A DNA stretch of 64,000 bases. Source: an uncultured Poribacteria bacterium (GTDB taxonomy: Bacteria; Poribacteria; WGA-4E; WGA-3G). This document shows positions 9,477-18,716 of the stretch, in pieces (within the stretch, counting starts at the first letter, position 1; every line of letters begins with the position of its first letter). Position numbers and translations under genes: made by a program. The notes beneath the pieces were generated by a model. It saw nothing but the letters and a program-made list of their open reading frames with translations, was not told where the DNA came from and ran no database searches. The stretch spans positions 384,001 through 448,000 of the forward strand of contig CATQHZ020000001.1 in assembly GCA_958296135.2 (NCBI GenBank), given 5' to 3'.

Positions 9477-9686
9477 GGGGATTTCTGCGAATTCGTTCCC
9501 TCGTAGGCGCGCTTGGAAAGCGCGCCTACCGGGACTCATTCCTCTAAACGTGCAAGTGCTGTGAATGTATAGGGGCGGATTTCTATATCCGCCCGTATCC
9601 GGCGGCAAAAATTACCCGTTTATTTTCTGAAACTACATGAAGCGCGCCTACAAGGAATGTTTACGGAAGGCTTGAAGGGAGAAAAA

Positions 9687-10010
9687 ATGAGAGACAAATT
9701 ACCCGATTTCCTTCAGAAGGTAATTGACGAATACCCGGAGGTTTGGAAGGCGTATCAGGCGTTAGGTGAGGCGTGCAGCAACGCAGGCTCGCTTGACAGA
9801 AAGACAGCGAGGCTCGTGAAGCTGGCGTTAGCCATCGGCGCGAAATCGGAGGGCGCGGTGCATTCGCACGCACGCCGAGCCCTCCGCGAGGGAATTACGC
9901 CTGAGGAATTACAACAAGTCGCGCTGCTTGCGGTGACTTCTATCGGCTGGTCATCGAGTATGGCAGCGCTCTCTTGGATTCAGGATGTCACCGATAAACA
10001 TAACCAGTAG
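9687..10010 (+). CDS. Carboxymuconolactone decarboxylase (CMD/AhpD-like) family protein
   Basis: GSLDRKTARLVKLALAIG...HSHARRALREGITPEEL. Confidence 0.85.
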   Translation: MRDKLPDFLQKVIDEYPEVWKAYQALGEACSNAGSLDRKTARLVKLALAIGAKSEGAVHSHARRALREGITPEELQQVALLAVTSIGWSSSMAALSWIQDVTDKHNQ

Positions 10011-10259
10011 GCGGGACTTCCTGACCGGCGCGGGCGGTATCAAGCAAAGGTTCGCGCTGCAGGGAATGAAGTTTCAGTCACTAAGAGGTCATTTTCGGAA
10101 CGTGTGCACGCCCAGCGACTGTAAGGGCGGATTTCTAGGGTTTCCGCCCGTTTCCAACGGAAAAAACGACATGGTTATTTTTTATGCATCGCGAGTCCGG
10201 AGGCGACGTAACGGAGGGCTCTTCTACATTGAGACAGGGAAGCGCGCACGAGGAGCAAC

Positions 10260-11063
10260 ATGAACCCACTGAAATTCCTGAAAAACCCCGTTGAGCGGCT
10301 GTTTTACAATGCCTATCAAAAGCGGTTGGAGGCAGAGGCGAATACGTGGAACATTCCGCGCCACATCGGCATCATCCTCGATGGCAACCGCCGCTACGCC
10401 AGAGCAAGTGGCCTTGACAACGTCGTGAAAGGACACTACGAAGGCGCGAATAAACTTGAAGAGGTGCTGCATTGGTGCGATGAACTCGGTGTGGAGGTTT
10501 TCTCGATTTGGATATTCTCGTTGGATAACTTCAAGCGCGCCGAGGATGAAGTCGAAGGCATCCTCGGCCTGATCGAAGGGAAAATGCGGGAGTTGGTTAC
10601 GATTGAAGGGCTCCATGCCAACCAGATCAAAGTGCGGGCAATGGGGCAAATCGAATTGCTCCCGCCGAGTCTGCAAGAGGCTATCCGCGAGGCGGAGGTA
10701 GCCACGCAACATTACGACAAGTTTATCCTCAACGTCGCTGTTGCTTATGGCGGCCGCGAGGAGATTGTTGAGGCGTTTCGGGGGCACCTCAACGCAGAGG
10801 CTGCGAAGGGCAAAGATGTCGCGCAAATCGCGGCGGAACTCAGCGTTGACAAAATCACGCCGCATCTCTATACCTCCAATCTGCCAGACCCGGAGTTAAT
10901 CATCCGCACAAGCGGCGAGGCGCGGTTATCGGGTTTTCTGCTGTGGCAGAGCGTCTATTCGGAATTCTATTTTTGTGATACGTATTGGCCCTCGTTCCGG
11001 AAAATAGACTTCCTCCGTGCTTTGCGCGCCTATAGCCAACGCAAGCGGCGGTTTGGGCAATGA
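10260..11063 (+). CDS. uppS: cis-isoprenyl diphosphate synthase (UppS family)
   Basis: PRHIGIILDGNRR, FSLDNFKR, YGGREEI, IIRTSGEARLSGFLLWQ and RRFG motifs. Confidence 0.92.
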   Translation: MNPLKFLKNPVERLFYNAYQKRLEAEANTWNIPRHIGIILDGNRRYARASGLDNVVKGHYEGANKLEEVLHWCDELGVEVFSIWIFSLDNFKRAEDEVEGILGLIEGKMRELVTIEGLHANQIKVRAMGQIELLPPSLQEAIREAEVATQHYDKFILNVAVAYGGREEIVEAFRGHLNAEAAKGKDVAQIAAELSVDKITPHLYTSNLPDPELIIRTSGEARLSGFLLWQSVYSEFYFCDTYWPSFRKIDFLRALRAYSQRKRRFGQ

Positions 11064-11100
11064 TTTTGCGTCTGGCACAAAGCGAGAAGAGGCATCCAAA

Positions 11101-11493
11101 ATGAGTTCCATGTTGCCCGTAAACCTACTCATTCTCAGCATCCCGGCTTTCATCGTGATATGCTGGCTGCCAACAATGCAGGTCGCGAACCGTAGAATAG
11201 CAGTGGGGGTTGCGCTTGCCTGTGGATTTCTCAAAACGCTCGTGATGGAAATTGAGTTTAACTACAATTTCCTCAAACCGCTTTTCAACGAGATTCTGAC
11301 GTTTCTTCCACCGATGCTGATAAATCCGATTATCGGCGTGTTTCACATTGCCATTACCGCTTTTCTGCTGTGGATGGCAGCCAAACTTTTGGGGAACCGA
11401 TTTGAGATAGGGAGATTTTTCAACATCGTCATTGCTGCTATGCTGATTTCTGTCATTGAAATAGGGCTGATGCAGATTATCCTTCGTTTTTAG
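11101..11493 (+). CDS. Hypothetical membrane protein (about 4 TM segments)
   Basis: Hydrophobic 130 aa ORF after GAGG. Confidence 0.65.
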   Translation: MSSMLPVNLLILSIPAFIVICWLPTMQVANRRIAVGVALACGFLKTLVMEIEFNYNFLKPLFNEILTFLPPMLINPIIGVFHIAITAFLLWMAAKLLGNRFEIGRFFNIVIAAMLISVIEIGLMQIILRF

Positions 11494-11656
11494 GACTGAT
11501 ACCAAATCGGAATAGGTTTCTCACCAATAGGCGCGACATCCCGGTCGCGATGAGGACTCCGTACCGAGATTAGCCGATTTATTTTTCCATTTTCATTTGA
11601 ACGAACGTGAACTACAGAAAAACAAACGTGATAAAACACGAGAAAGGAACAACTTG

Positions 11657-12424
11657 ATGCGATTTGGCATTTGTACCGGGTTAGAAAACGTCAATCGGCT
11701 TGCAGAAGCCGGGTATGATTATATTGAATTGGGCGTGCAGCGCGCGCTCATCCCAGAAGCGGACGAAACTGAATTTCAGAAGATTCGGGAACAGGTGGCA
11801 GCGGCACCCTTGAAACCAGAAGCATACGCAGGGTTCATACCAGGTAATCTGCGTGTCGTCGGCGACAACGTCGATTTGCCACGCCTCTCTCGCTACGTCG
11901 AGACAGCGTGCCGCAGAGGGCACGAACTTGGCGGCGAGGTTATCGTCTACGGAAGTGCAGGCTCGCGAAGCATCGAGGAAGGCTACTCCCGCGAACGCGC
12001 ATTGGCACAGATTGCCGAATTCCTTGATATGGCGGCAGACCACGGTGAAGCGCACGGCATCACCATCGTCATTGAACCCATCTGCCGGAGGGAGGGAAAC
12101 ATCCTGCGCACTGTCGCGGACGGCCTCGCCATGGCGAAGCGCGTCGACCGGAAGGCAGTTAAGGCACTCGCCGACCTCTACCACGTCTGGCAGGAAAATG
12201 AACCGATGCAAAACATTGTCGATGCAGCGGAATGGCTGGAGCACGTGCATATTGCCGAACCGGTCAAGCGTTCCTACCCCGGCAATGACGACTTTGATTT
12301 CACCGATTTCTTCACGGCACTCCAGAAAGCTGGCTACGATGGCCGCGTCTCCTGCGAGTGCAAGTTTGACGATTTTGATACGGATATAGAAACCGCGTTG
12401 CAAACGATGAAGAAGTATGTCTAA
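11657..12424 (+). CDS. Sugar phosphate isomerase/epimerase (xylose isomerase-like TIM barrel)
   Basis: GYDYIE, IVIEP, ADLYH, HVHIAE and GYDGRVSCE metal motifs. Confidence 0.9.
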   Translation: MRFGICTGLENVNRLAEAGYDYIELGVQRALIPEADETEFQKIREQVAAAPLKPEAYAGFIPGNLRVVGDNVDLPRLSRYVETACRRGHELGGEVIVYGSAGSRSIEEGYSRERALAQIAEFLDMAADHGEAHGITIVIEPICRREGNILRTVADGLAMAKRVDRKAVKALADLYHVWQENEPMQNIVDAAEWLEHVHIAEPVKRSYPGNDDFDFTDFFTALQKAGYDGRVSCECKFDDFDTDIETALQTMKKYV

Positions 12425-12577
12425 TTTTCTCCGTAGGTTGAGGGCCTGTCCCTCAACAGGTTTTTTTCTCCGTAGGTTGAGGGCCTGTCCCTCAACAGGT
12501 TTTTTTCTCCGTAGGTTGAGGGCCTGTCCCTCAACAGGTTTTTTTCTCCGTAGGTTGAGGGCCTGTCCCTCAACAGG
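12425..12577 (+). repeat. Tandem array of 4 x 39 bp REP units
   Basis: TTTTCTCCGTAGGTTGAGGGCCTGTCCCTCAACAGGTTT; CTCCGTAGG starts at 12429, 12468, 12507 and 12546. Confidence 0.92.
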
Positions 12578-12607
12578 CTCCGCCTAATAGATAATCCTGT
12601 AAAAATA

Positions 12608-12738
12608 GGCACGGCGAGGGACAGTGGACATCTCTGCAGCGAGGCTGCAGATATGACAAAGTTAAAGGTAGCGTGCTTTCGCGTGGCGACACACGCACAT
12701 TTTCTGTAGGCGTGACCGTAACGGCCCTCGCCCTACGG
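12608..12738 (-). repeat. Long composite REP/MITE-like element (related copies at 60047-60128 and 62271-62447)
   Basis: CCGTAGGGCGAGGGCCGTTAC...CTTTGTCATCTCTGCAGCCTCGCTGCAGAGATGTCCACTGTCCCTCGCC is shared with few mismatches. Confidence 0.85.
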
Positions 12739-12810
12739 TAGGAGGTGGAATTCACCGGAAGGCGAGAGATAAGCCTTCGCTATCCGGTGAAACGAACGGG
12801 TAATAGGGAG

Positions 12811-13818
12811 GTGGGTTTTATCCTTACTCGCGAACGAGGCCGAGTTATCCGCGCGCGAACGGGGTTCTATGACGTTCAGCACGGTGAACTTGTCCTGCGA
12901 TGCACGCTCCGCGGCACCCTCAAACGGAAACACCGCACCGAAACCGGACGCAGAATCTACGCAGACCCGGGTGCTGTCGGCGATGAGGTGCTCTTCTCGC
13001 AGATTGATGATGAAGAAGGCGTGGTAGAAGATATCCTACCGCGCCAGACGAAGTTCTCGCGGCAATACGCAGGGAGGCACGGCGATATCGAGCAGGTTAT
13101 CGTTGCGAACGCGCATCAGATTGTCGCTGTCGTCTCAACCGCGATGCCGCCGCTGAATTTTCGGACGCTGGACCGGTTCCTCATTCTGGCGGAAGCCGGT
13201 GAGATGGATGCAGTCATCTGCCTCAATAAGATGGATTTGGTGGATGTTGCCCAACGTCGCGAATTTATTGGCATCGAGACCGGGAGGGCTCTCCTACCGG
13301 AAGACATTGAGACCGGGAGGGCTCTCCTACCGAATTATGAGCAACTGGGGTATCGCGTCATCTATACTAGCATCAATATGCCCGAAAGCCTTGAGGCACT
13401 TCGGGAGGTGTTGCGGGATAAATTTAGCGTCATCGTCGGTGCATCTGGCGTAGGGAAATCGAGTCTGCTGAACGCTATCCAACCGAATTTGGGCTTGCGT
13501 ACCGGTGAAGTCGGCGAGAAGACGCAGAAGGGCCGCCACACGACGACGCTGGTTGAGCTGTTCGCGCTGGACATCGGCGGCGAAGTTGCTGATACGCCCG
13601 GCATCCGAGAAGTTGGGTTGTGGGGGGTTGACACGGAGAATCTCGAACACTATTTTCCAGAGATGGAGCCTTATCTCGGTACGTGCAAATACAACGACTG
13701 CGCGCATGTCAGCGAGCCCGATTGTGCGGTTCAGGATGCCGTTGAAAGCGGCGACATCCATCCCGAACGCTATCGGAGTTATGTCGTGCTACGGATGGGG
13801 GATGATGCGGGGCTTTAA
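12811..13818 (+). CDS. rsgA: Ribosome small subunit-dependent GTPase A (start uncertain)
   Basis: NKMD, GASGVGKSS, GRHTTT and DTPG motifs plus CKYNDCAHVSEPDC zinc finger; contains an in-frame REP insertion. Confidence 0.93.
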   Translation: MGFILTRERGRVIRARTGFYDVQHGELVLRCTLRGTLKRKHRTETGRRIYADPGAVGDEVLFSQIDDEEGVVEDILPRQTKFSRQYAGRHGDIEQVIVANAHQIVAVVSTAMPPLNFRTLDRFLILAEAGEMDAVICLNKMDLVDVAQRREFIGIETGRALLPEDIETGRALLPNYEQLGYRVIYTSINMPESLEALREVLRDKFSVIVGASGVGKSSLLNAIQPNLGLRTGEVGEKTQKGRHTTTLVELFALDIGGEVADTPGIREVGLWGVDTENLEHYFPEMEPYLGTCKYNDCAHVSEPDCAVQDAVESGDIHPERYRSYVVLRMGDDAGL

Positions 13819-13830
13819 AACCTTTTTGGC

Positions 13831-13882
13831 CCGTAGCGCGGGGGCCCGGCAGTCACTAACTGCCGAGGGTTTCCCCCGCGAA
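13831..13882 (+). repeat. REP with an internal GGCAGT-N5-ACTGCC hairpin
   Basis: CCGTAGCGCGGGGGCCCGGCAGTCACTAACTGCCGAGGGTTTCCCCCGCGAA is the reverse complement of 16562-16613. Confidence 0.85.
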
Positions 13883-14001
13883 GCCTGTAGCCTGGCAAGG
13901 GCGGCGATAAGCCTGCTTATGCGGTGCAACGCAGGCTGTCTTCCATGTAGGCGTAACGGTGCTCGCCCTACAGGACTGCAAAACGGATGCGCTCCCTACC
14001 T

Positions 14002-14883
14002 CTACACAGCCCTGTGCCCCGCATACCCGCGCGGGTTTTCAAAAGCATCCACCCACAGATGAGACCACTCTTCATGCTTTGTCAAAACAGAACCGGGGTT
14101 TTTGCGGCTGCGGACGACAAAGTCGGGATGCGCTGTCCTGCCGGTGTGATGTCCTGTCGTCTGATAGCGCAAATCCAATGACCAGCGACACCGGTCGGAG
14201 GTATTCGGCTGCGAACGGTGCGGCGTAAACCGACTTAATAAGATGACATCGCCGCGATAACACTCCAGCATGAGCGGTTCAACGTCCGGCATCAGTTCCG
14301 GTTTAATCATCGTGCCTCCCTCTTTCTGATGGACGAGGTAACCCTTTTCTTCGGTGATGCCGGGCAGTGCTTCGAGGCATCCCATCTCCACCGTGCTATC
14401 GCCGAGTGGCAGCCAACATGTCACGATAGCTGAGCCCTCCGCTTCCGGCATCATGACACCGGCATCTTGGTGCCATGGCACGCCGCCTGCCCAACTGGCA
14501 TTGCCATCTATCACCGGCGGTTTGGCGCGCAGATGCTGGATAGGGTTGCAGGTAATCTCCGGCCCGACAACCCCTTCAATTACATCTAATAGATTGTCGT
14601 TTCTGAAGAATTCAAAGATTGCCTTGCCGCGGTAGTGCATGATGTCTAGTCCGCTTGCCATTTCTGCGGACTGTGCGAGAAGCTTCGCGAATCGCCGGTC
14701 GAAGGGTTCGTCTTCGTAGAGGTTCTCGATCTTTCCCTCTTGCTGTAAGGCGATGGCGCGTGCCGAGATCCAGTCGGAGATTTCGTCAATGACAGGCTGC
14801 AGGTCAGCGTCAGTCAGCGCGTTTTTGACGATCAGCACGCCTTGGGTTTGGAAGGTATCGCATTGTTGTTGTGTCAGTTTCAT
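14002..14883 (-). CDS. Phytanoyl-CoA dioxygenase (PhyH) family Fe(II)/2OG oxygenase
   Basis: PWHQD, TCWLPL, GCLEALPG and PHRSQPNTSDRCRWSLDLRY motifs. Confidence 0.92.
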   Translation of the reverse strand: MKLTQQQCDTFQTQGVLIVKNALTDADLQPVIDEISDWISARAIALQQEGKIENLYEDEPFDRRFAKLLAQSAEMASGLDIMHYRGKAIFEFFRNDNLLDVIEGVVGPEITCNPIQHLRAKPPVIDGNASWAGGVPWHQDAGVMMPEAEGSAIVTCWLPLGDSTVEMGCLEALPGITEEKGYLVHQKEGGTMIKPELMPDVEPLMLECYRGDVILLSRFTPHRSQPNTSDRCRWSLDLRYQTTGHHTGRTAHPDFVVRSRKNPGSVLTKHEEWSHLWVDAFENPRGYAGHRAV

Positions 14884-14985
14884 AAAGCGTCTCCTTTTTT
14901 TCGGGACCGGGAGGGTCCTCCTACATGAGAAGGTATGATAGCAGAGTTGGGTAGAATTTGGCAAGAAAAAAGTTGTCTATTTTTA

Positions 14986-15063
14986 CCGTAGGGCGAGGGT
15001 CTGTCCCTCGCCAGATCCGAGTGTCCGCTTCTTCCCCGTAGGGCGAGGGCCTGTCCCTCGCCA
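14986..15063 (+). repeat. Two basic REP units
   Basis: CCGTAGGGCGAGGG(T/C)CTGTCCCTCGCCA at 14986 and 15036. Confidence 0.85.
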
Positions 15064-15134
15064 TGCCCGATCGTGACAGGAAAATCCTTGCTTGGGCCAA
15101 GGACGTTTTTCGCCTAAGTAGGGTTCGCGGGGGA

Positions 15135-15571
15135 AACCCTCGGCAGTTAGTGACTGCAACCCTCGGCAGTTAGTGACTGCAACCCTCGGCAGTTAGTGAC
15201 TGCAACCCTCGGCAGTTAGTGACTGCAACCCTCGGCAGTTAGTGACTGCAACCCTCGGCAGTTAGTGACTGCAACCCTCGGCAGTTAGTGACTGCAACCC
15301 TCGGCAGTTAGTGACTGCAACCCTCGGCAGTTAGTGACTGCAACCCTCGGCAGTTAGTGACTGCAACCCTCGGCAGTTAGTGACTGCAACCCTCGGCAGT
15401 TAGTGACTGCAACCCTCGGCAGTTAGTGACTGCAACCCTCGGCAGTTAGTGACTGCAACCCTCGGCAGTTAGTGACTGCAACCCTCGGCAGTTAGTGACT
15501 GCAACCCTCGGCAGTTAGTGACTGCAACCCTCGGCAGTTAGTGACTGCAACCCTCGGCAGTTAGTGACTGC
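15135..15571. repeat. Perfect tandem array, 19 x 23 bp, inside a REP element
   Basis: AACCCTCGGCAGTTAGTGACTGC repeated head to tail (437 bp / 23 = 19), no spacers. Confidence 0.95.
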
Positions 15572-15636
15572 CGGGCCCCCGCGCTACGGACTGGACGGCG
15601 GTTAACGAAAGAAACTTGCGTTAGGAGGTTTTATCT

Positions 15637-16503
15637 ATGCATTATTCTATCAAAACGATTATCCGATCAACGCCGCGAATCGCATTCACAGTGGCGTTAG
15701 CCTTCATCCTCTGCCTCTGCACAGGATGCGTTAATCTCAGCACCGTCGGCAACGTAGGGAATACGCTCCTTGACGAATTCGGGGATGTCAACATCTTCAC
15801 CGATGCAGAGGAACAGCAATTCGGCAAGGAATTTGTGGCGCAACATGATAAGCAGGTTACGTTCCACACAGACCCGGTTGTCACTAACTATATCAATGAC
15901 CTCGGGCAAACGCTGGTCCGCTATAGCAAGCGCAACGACATCCCTTACACGTTCAAGGTGGTAGCGACGAAGGGAGTCAACGCGTATGCTGTCCCCGGCG
16001 GCTATATTTACGTGCATCTCGATCTGATTCGGATGGCGAAGACAGAATCGGAGTTGGCGGCGGTGCTCGGGCACGAAATCGGGCATATCGTCGGCAGGCA
16101 CTCGATGAAACGGCTTACGAAGGCATACGGCATCGAAATTGTGAAACGGTTGCTCGTCAAGGAGGATGCAGGCGAGTTTAAAAAACTGGTGGCGGATGTC
16201 CTAGCGGCGGGGTTGCTCTTCAAATATAGCCGTGACGATGAGCGCGAGTCGGATTTCTACGGCGTGCAGAATGCCTACGATGCGGGGATATCACCGGAGG
16301 GCGCGGCGACGTTCTTTGATACACTGCGCGAGATGCAAGGGAGAGAGCCTTCTTCGTTGGAACTGATGCTGTCGACGCATCCGGCGAGTAGTGAACGTGT
16401 GCGGAATGTGCGTGGGCAGATCAGCGGTTTGCCGCCGAAATCGGGGTTGCGGGCAGATTCGTCGCGTTTCCAGCAGGTGAAGCGTCGGATATCTTCCCGT
16501 TAA
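15637..16503 (+). CDS. M48 family zinc metalloprotease, probable lipoprotein
   Basis: Signal/lipobox LCLCTGC, VNAYAVPGG, GHEIGH, YSRDDERESD and STHP motifs; AGGAGG RBS. Confidence 0.92.
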   Translation: MHYSIKTIIRSTPRIAFTVALAFILCLCTGCVNLSTVGNVGNTLLDEFGDVNIFTDAEEQQFGKEFVAQHDKQVTFHTDPVVTNYINDLGQTLVRYSKRNDIPYTFKVVATKGVNAYAVPGGYIYVHLDLIRMAKTESELAAVLGHEIGHIVGRHSMKRLTKAYGIEIVKRLLVKEDAGEFKKLVADVLAAGLLFKYSRDDERESDFYGVQNAYDAGISPEGAATFFDTLREMQGREPSSLELMLSTHPASSERVRNVRGQISGLPPKSGLRADSSRFQQVKRRISSR

Positions 16504-16665
16504 CCGTAGGGCGAAGGTCTGTCCCTGCTCGGGTTCAGGCCGTTTTTCGCCTAGGTCAGGGTTCGCGGGGGAAACCCTCGGCAGTTAGTGACTGCCGGGC
16601 CCCCGCGCTACGGACTCACAGCTATTCACCGTAGGGCGAGGGGAGGACAGGCCCCCGCGCTACGA
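16504..16665. repeat. Inverted REP pairs (REPIN/BIME-like)
   Basis: CCGTAG... / ...CTACGG pairs; holds the single-copy version of the 23 bp unit. Confidence 0.8.
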
Positions 16666-16689
16666 ACCCGTTCACAAAGAGAAATTGGC

Positions 16690-16719
16690 TTGCACAGCCC
16701 CCAAAAGATATGCTATAAT
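16690..16719 (+). promoter_or_regulatory. Sigma70-type promoter
   Basis: TTGCAC-18 bp-TATAAT with TG extension. Confidence 0.55.
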
Positions 16720-16773
16720 AGTCACAACTCACAATTTGGAAAAATTATTGAAGCATAGTGGAGGAGTTGAATC

Positions 16774-18054
16774 ATGAAACGGGCAGTTTACATCCCTTTT
16801 ATCTGCCTCCTCGCCATCGGTTGCCTTGCAACTCGGGGCGCAACACAGGTAGAAGAAATGGCCATCGGCAACACGTTTGGCGTGGGCGCGCGGGAGATGG
16901 GCATGGGCGGCGCATCCCTCGGACTCGCCGACGATTACACCGCGCTCTATTGGAACCCCGCGGGCTTAGCCCAAATCCGCAAGTTTGAGCTGTTCAGCAG
17001 CTTCTCGCATAACACCGCGACTGCGGATACTACCTTCGCCGGCGCAGAAACAACCGGCACCAGCCGTTCGCAGGTGCGCCCAAACGCCCTCGGAATGGTT
17101 TATCCGTTCCATGCTAGACACGGCGGAGTCGCAATCGCATTCGGATACAACCGCGCGCAAAATTTCGACCACCAGACCGCCATTCAGGGCATCGACCCGG
17201 GCACCGGAACCGAGTTCAGCGGGCTCGCTGTCGATGAAACCAACGTCAACACCGGAGGTATCGGGATTTGGAGTTTCGGCGTGAGTTCGTTCATCACGAA
17301 GCGGATTCTCATCGGCGGCTCAGTCGATTTCTGGCAAGGACATAGCCTCAATGAGCTGGATACCACCGCCACTGACATCGTCAACGTCGACAGCGAACTG
17401 GCGCGCTTCAGATACGACGATGAAACCGACCGGGAATATTCAGGCATCGGCGGCAGGGTAGGACTGCTGGCACACGTAACAGACGCTGTTAGCCTCGGCG
17501 TAACTCTCGTCTCGCCCATTGAACTCGGCGTTGACGAATACTGGTATCAGAGCACCGTCGCTTTTTACGATGACGGGGAAGAAGTCACCGATTCGGAAAG
17601 CGGCACGCAAGCGTTCGATATTGAGCGGCCGTTTGAAATCGGGACAGGCATCGCCATCAAACTGCTGGACAAACGCCTGATTTTGGCGGGCGATGTCCAA
17701 CTCAACGACTGGACGCAAACCCGCTACGATCCGGTGCCTGCGGACGATATTTCGCAGAACAATTTCGAGAAATTCTACGCCACCACGCTTCAAACGCGGC
17801 TCGGCGCAGAATATCGCATTCCGGGGATTGATACGCACGTCCGTCTCGGTTATTTTCGCGATACCATCCCGTTCACGGAAACTGACGTTGAGAACGAGCG
17901 CGATTTCTTGACGGGGGGTGTCGGCAAGGTTTTTGAGAATATGCTGAAGGTAGATATTGCGTATATGCGGGGCAGTTGGCAGCGCAGCAGTAATGCGTTA
18001 ACGACTGAACGGATAACGCACCGGGTCTTCGTGTCGGCGGGATACCGGTTTTAG
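16774..18054 (+). CDS. Outer-membrane beta-barrel, FadL/OmpP1/TodX family
   Basis: Signal peptide, GAREMGMGGA, DDYTALYWNPAGLA, C-terminal YRF. Confidence 0.88.
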   Translation: MKRAVYIPFICLLAIGCLATRGATQVEEMAIGNTFGVGAREMGMGGASLGLADDYTALYWNPAGLAQIRKFELFSSFSHNTATADTTFAGAETTGTSRSQVRPNALGMVYPFHARHGGVAIAFGYNRAQNFDHQTAIQGIDPGTGTEFSGLAVDETNVNTGGIGIWSFGVSSFITKRILIGGSVDFWQGHSLNELDTTATDIVNVDSELARFRYDDETDREYSGIGGRVGLLAHVTDAVSLGVTLVSPIELGVDEYWYQSTVAFYDDGEEVTDSESGTQAFDIERPFEIGTGIAIKLLDKRLILAGDVQLNDWTQTRYDPVPADDISQNNFEKFYATTLQTRLGAEYRIPGIDTHVRLGYFRDTIPFTETDVENERDFLTGGVGKVFENMLKVDIAYMRGSWQRSSNALTTERITHRVFVSAGYRF

Positions 18055-18314
18055 TAAGTTAGGCTTGACGTAAATTTCATTATTGTTTCTAGGCTCGGTT
18101 TGAAACTGCGCCTACCGGGAGGCGTTTCTGCGTAAGCCCTAAGAAGTCAGGGGAAAACGCAGGGCGAGGGGAACCCTCGGCGATTCGCGATCGCCGGGCC
18201 CTCGCCACCGTTGAGGGTTCGCGAGGGACAGGTTTTCCCTCGCGCTGCGGGAACTGAGCCCTGGAAGAATCGCGAGCTATCGCGCTACGGGGGGCAGTTA
18301 GGTTTCGGTTTCGC

Positions 18315-18716
18315 TTAAACCAATTGGATATAAGCCATCTGCGCGCCATCGCCTTTGCGAAGTTCGCCGCGGATAATCCGCGTGTATCCGCCGTTCCGGT
18401 CTTGATACCGCGGCCCGATTTCGTCAAACAACTTTTGTAGGACAGCGTGTTTGTCAAGCGCGCCGCTATCGCCTCGGCGCGGCGTGTAGTGCAGGTTGCG
18501 GCCGTAAAGCATCTTTGCGGCTTGGCGGCGTGCATGAAGATCTCCCTTTTTGGCGAGGGTAATCAACTTTTCCGCGACGCGTCGCAGTTCCTTGCACTTG
18601 GGCAAAGTTGTGCGTATCTGTTCGTGCTCAAAAAGCGCGGTTGCCTGGTTCCGGAAGAGAGCCTTGCGATGGCTCGTCGTCCGTCCAAGTTTCCGTCCCT
18701 GTTTTCTATGACGCAT
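18315..18716 (-). CDS. rplQ: 50S ribosomal protein L17
   Basis: [12 protein letters not shown]...RNGGYTRI...[14 protein letters not shown]. Confidence 0.96.
   Translation of the reverse strand: MRHRKQGRKLGRTTSHRKALFRNQATALFEHEQIRTTLPKCKELRRVAEKLITLAKKGDLHARRQAAKMLYGRNLHYTPRRGDSGALDKHAVLQKLFDEIGPRYQDRNGGYTRIIRGELRKGDGAQMAYIQLV

Noticed and set aside
12425-12577. CRISPR array or the 63 aa ORF 12421-12612
   Set aside because: Identical units with no unique spacers; the ORF is only a translation of the repeat.
15135-15571. CRISPR array
   Set aside because: The 23 bp units are contiguous with no spacers, lie inside a REP, and there are no cas genes.
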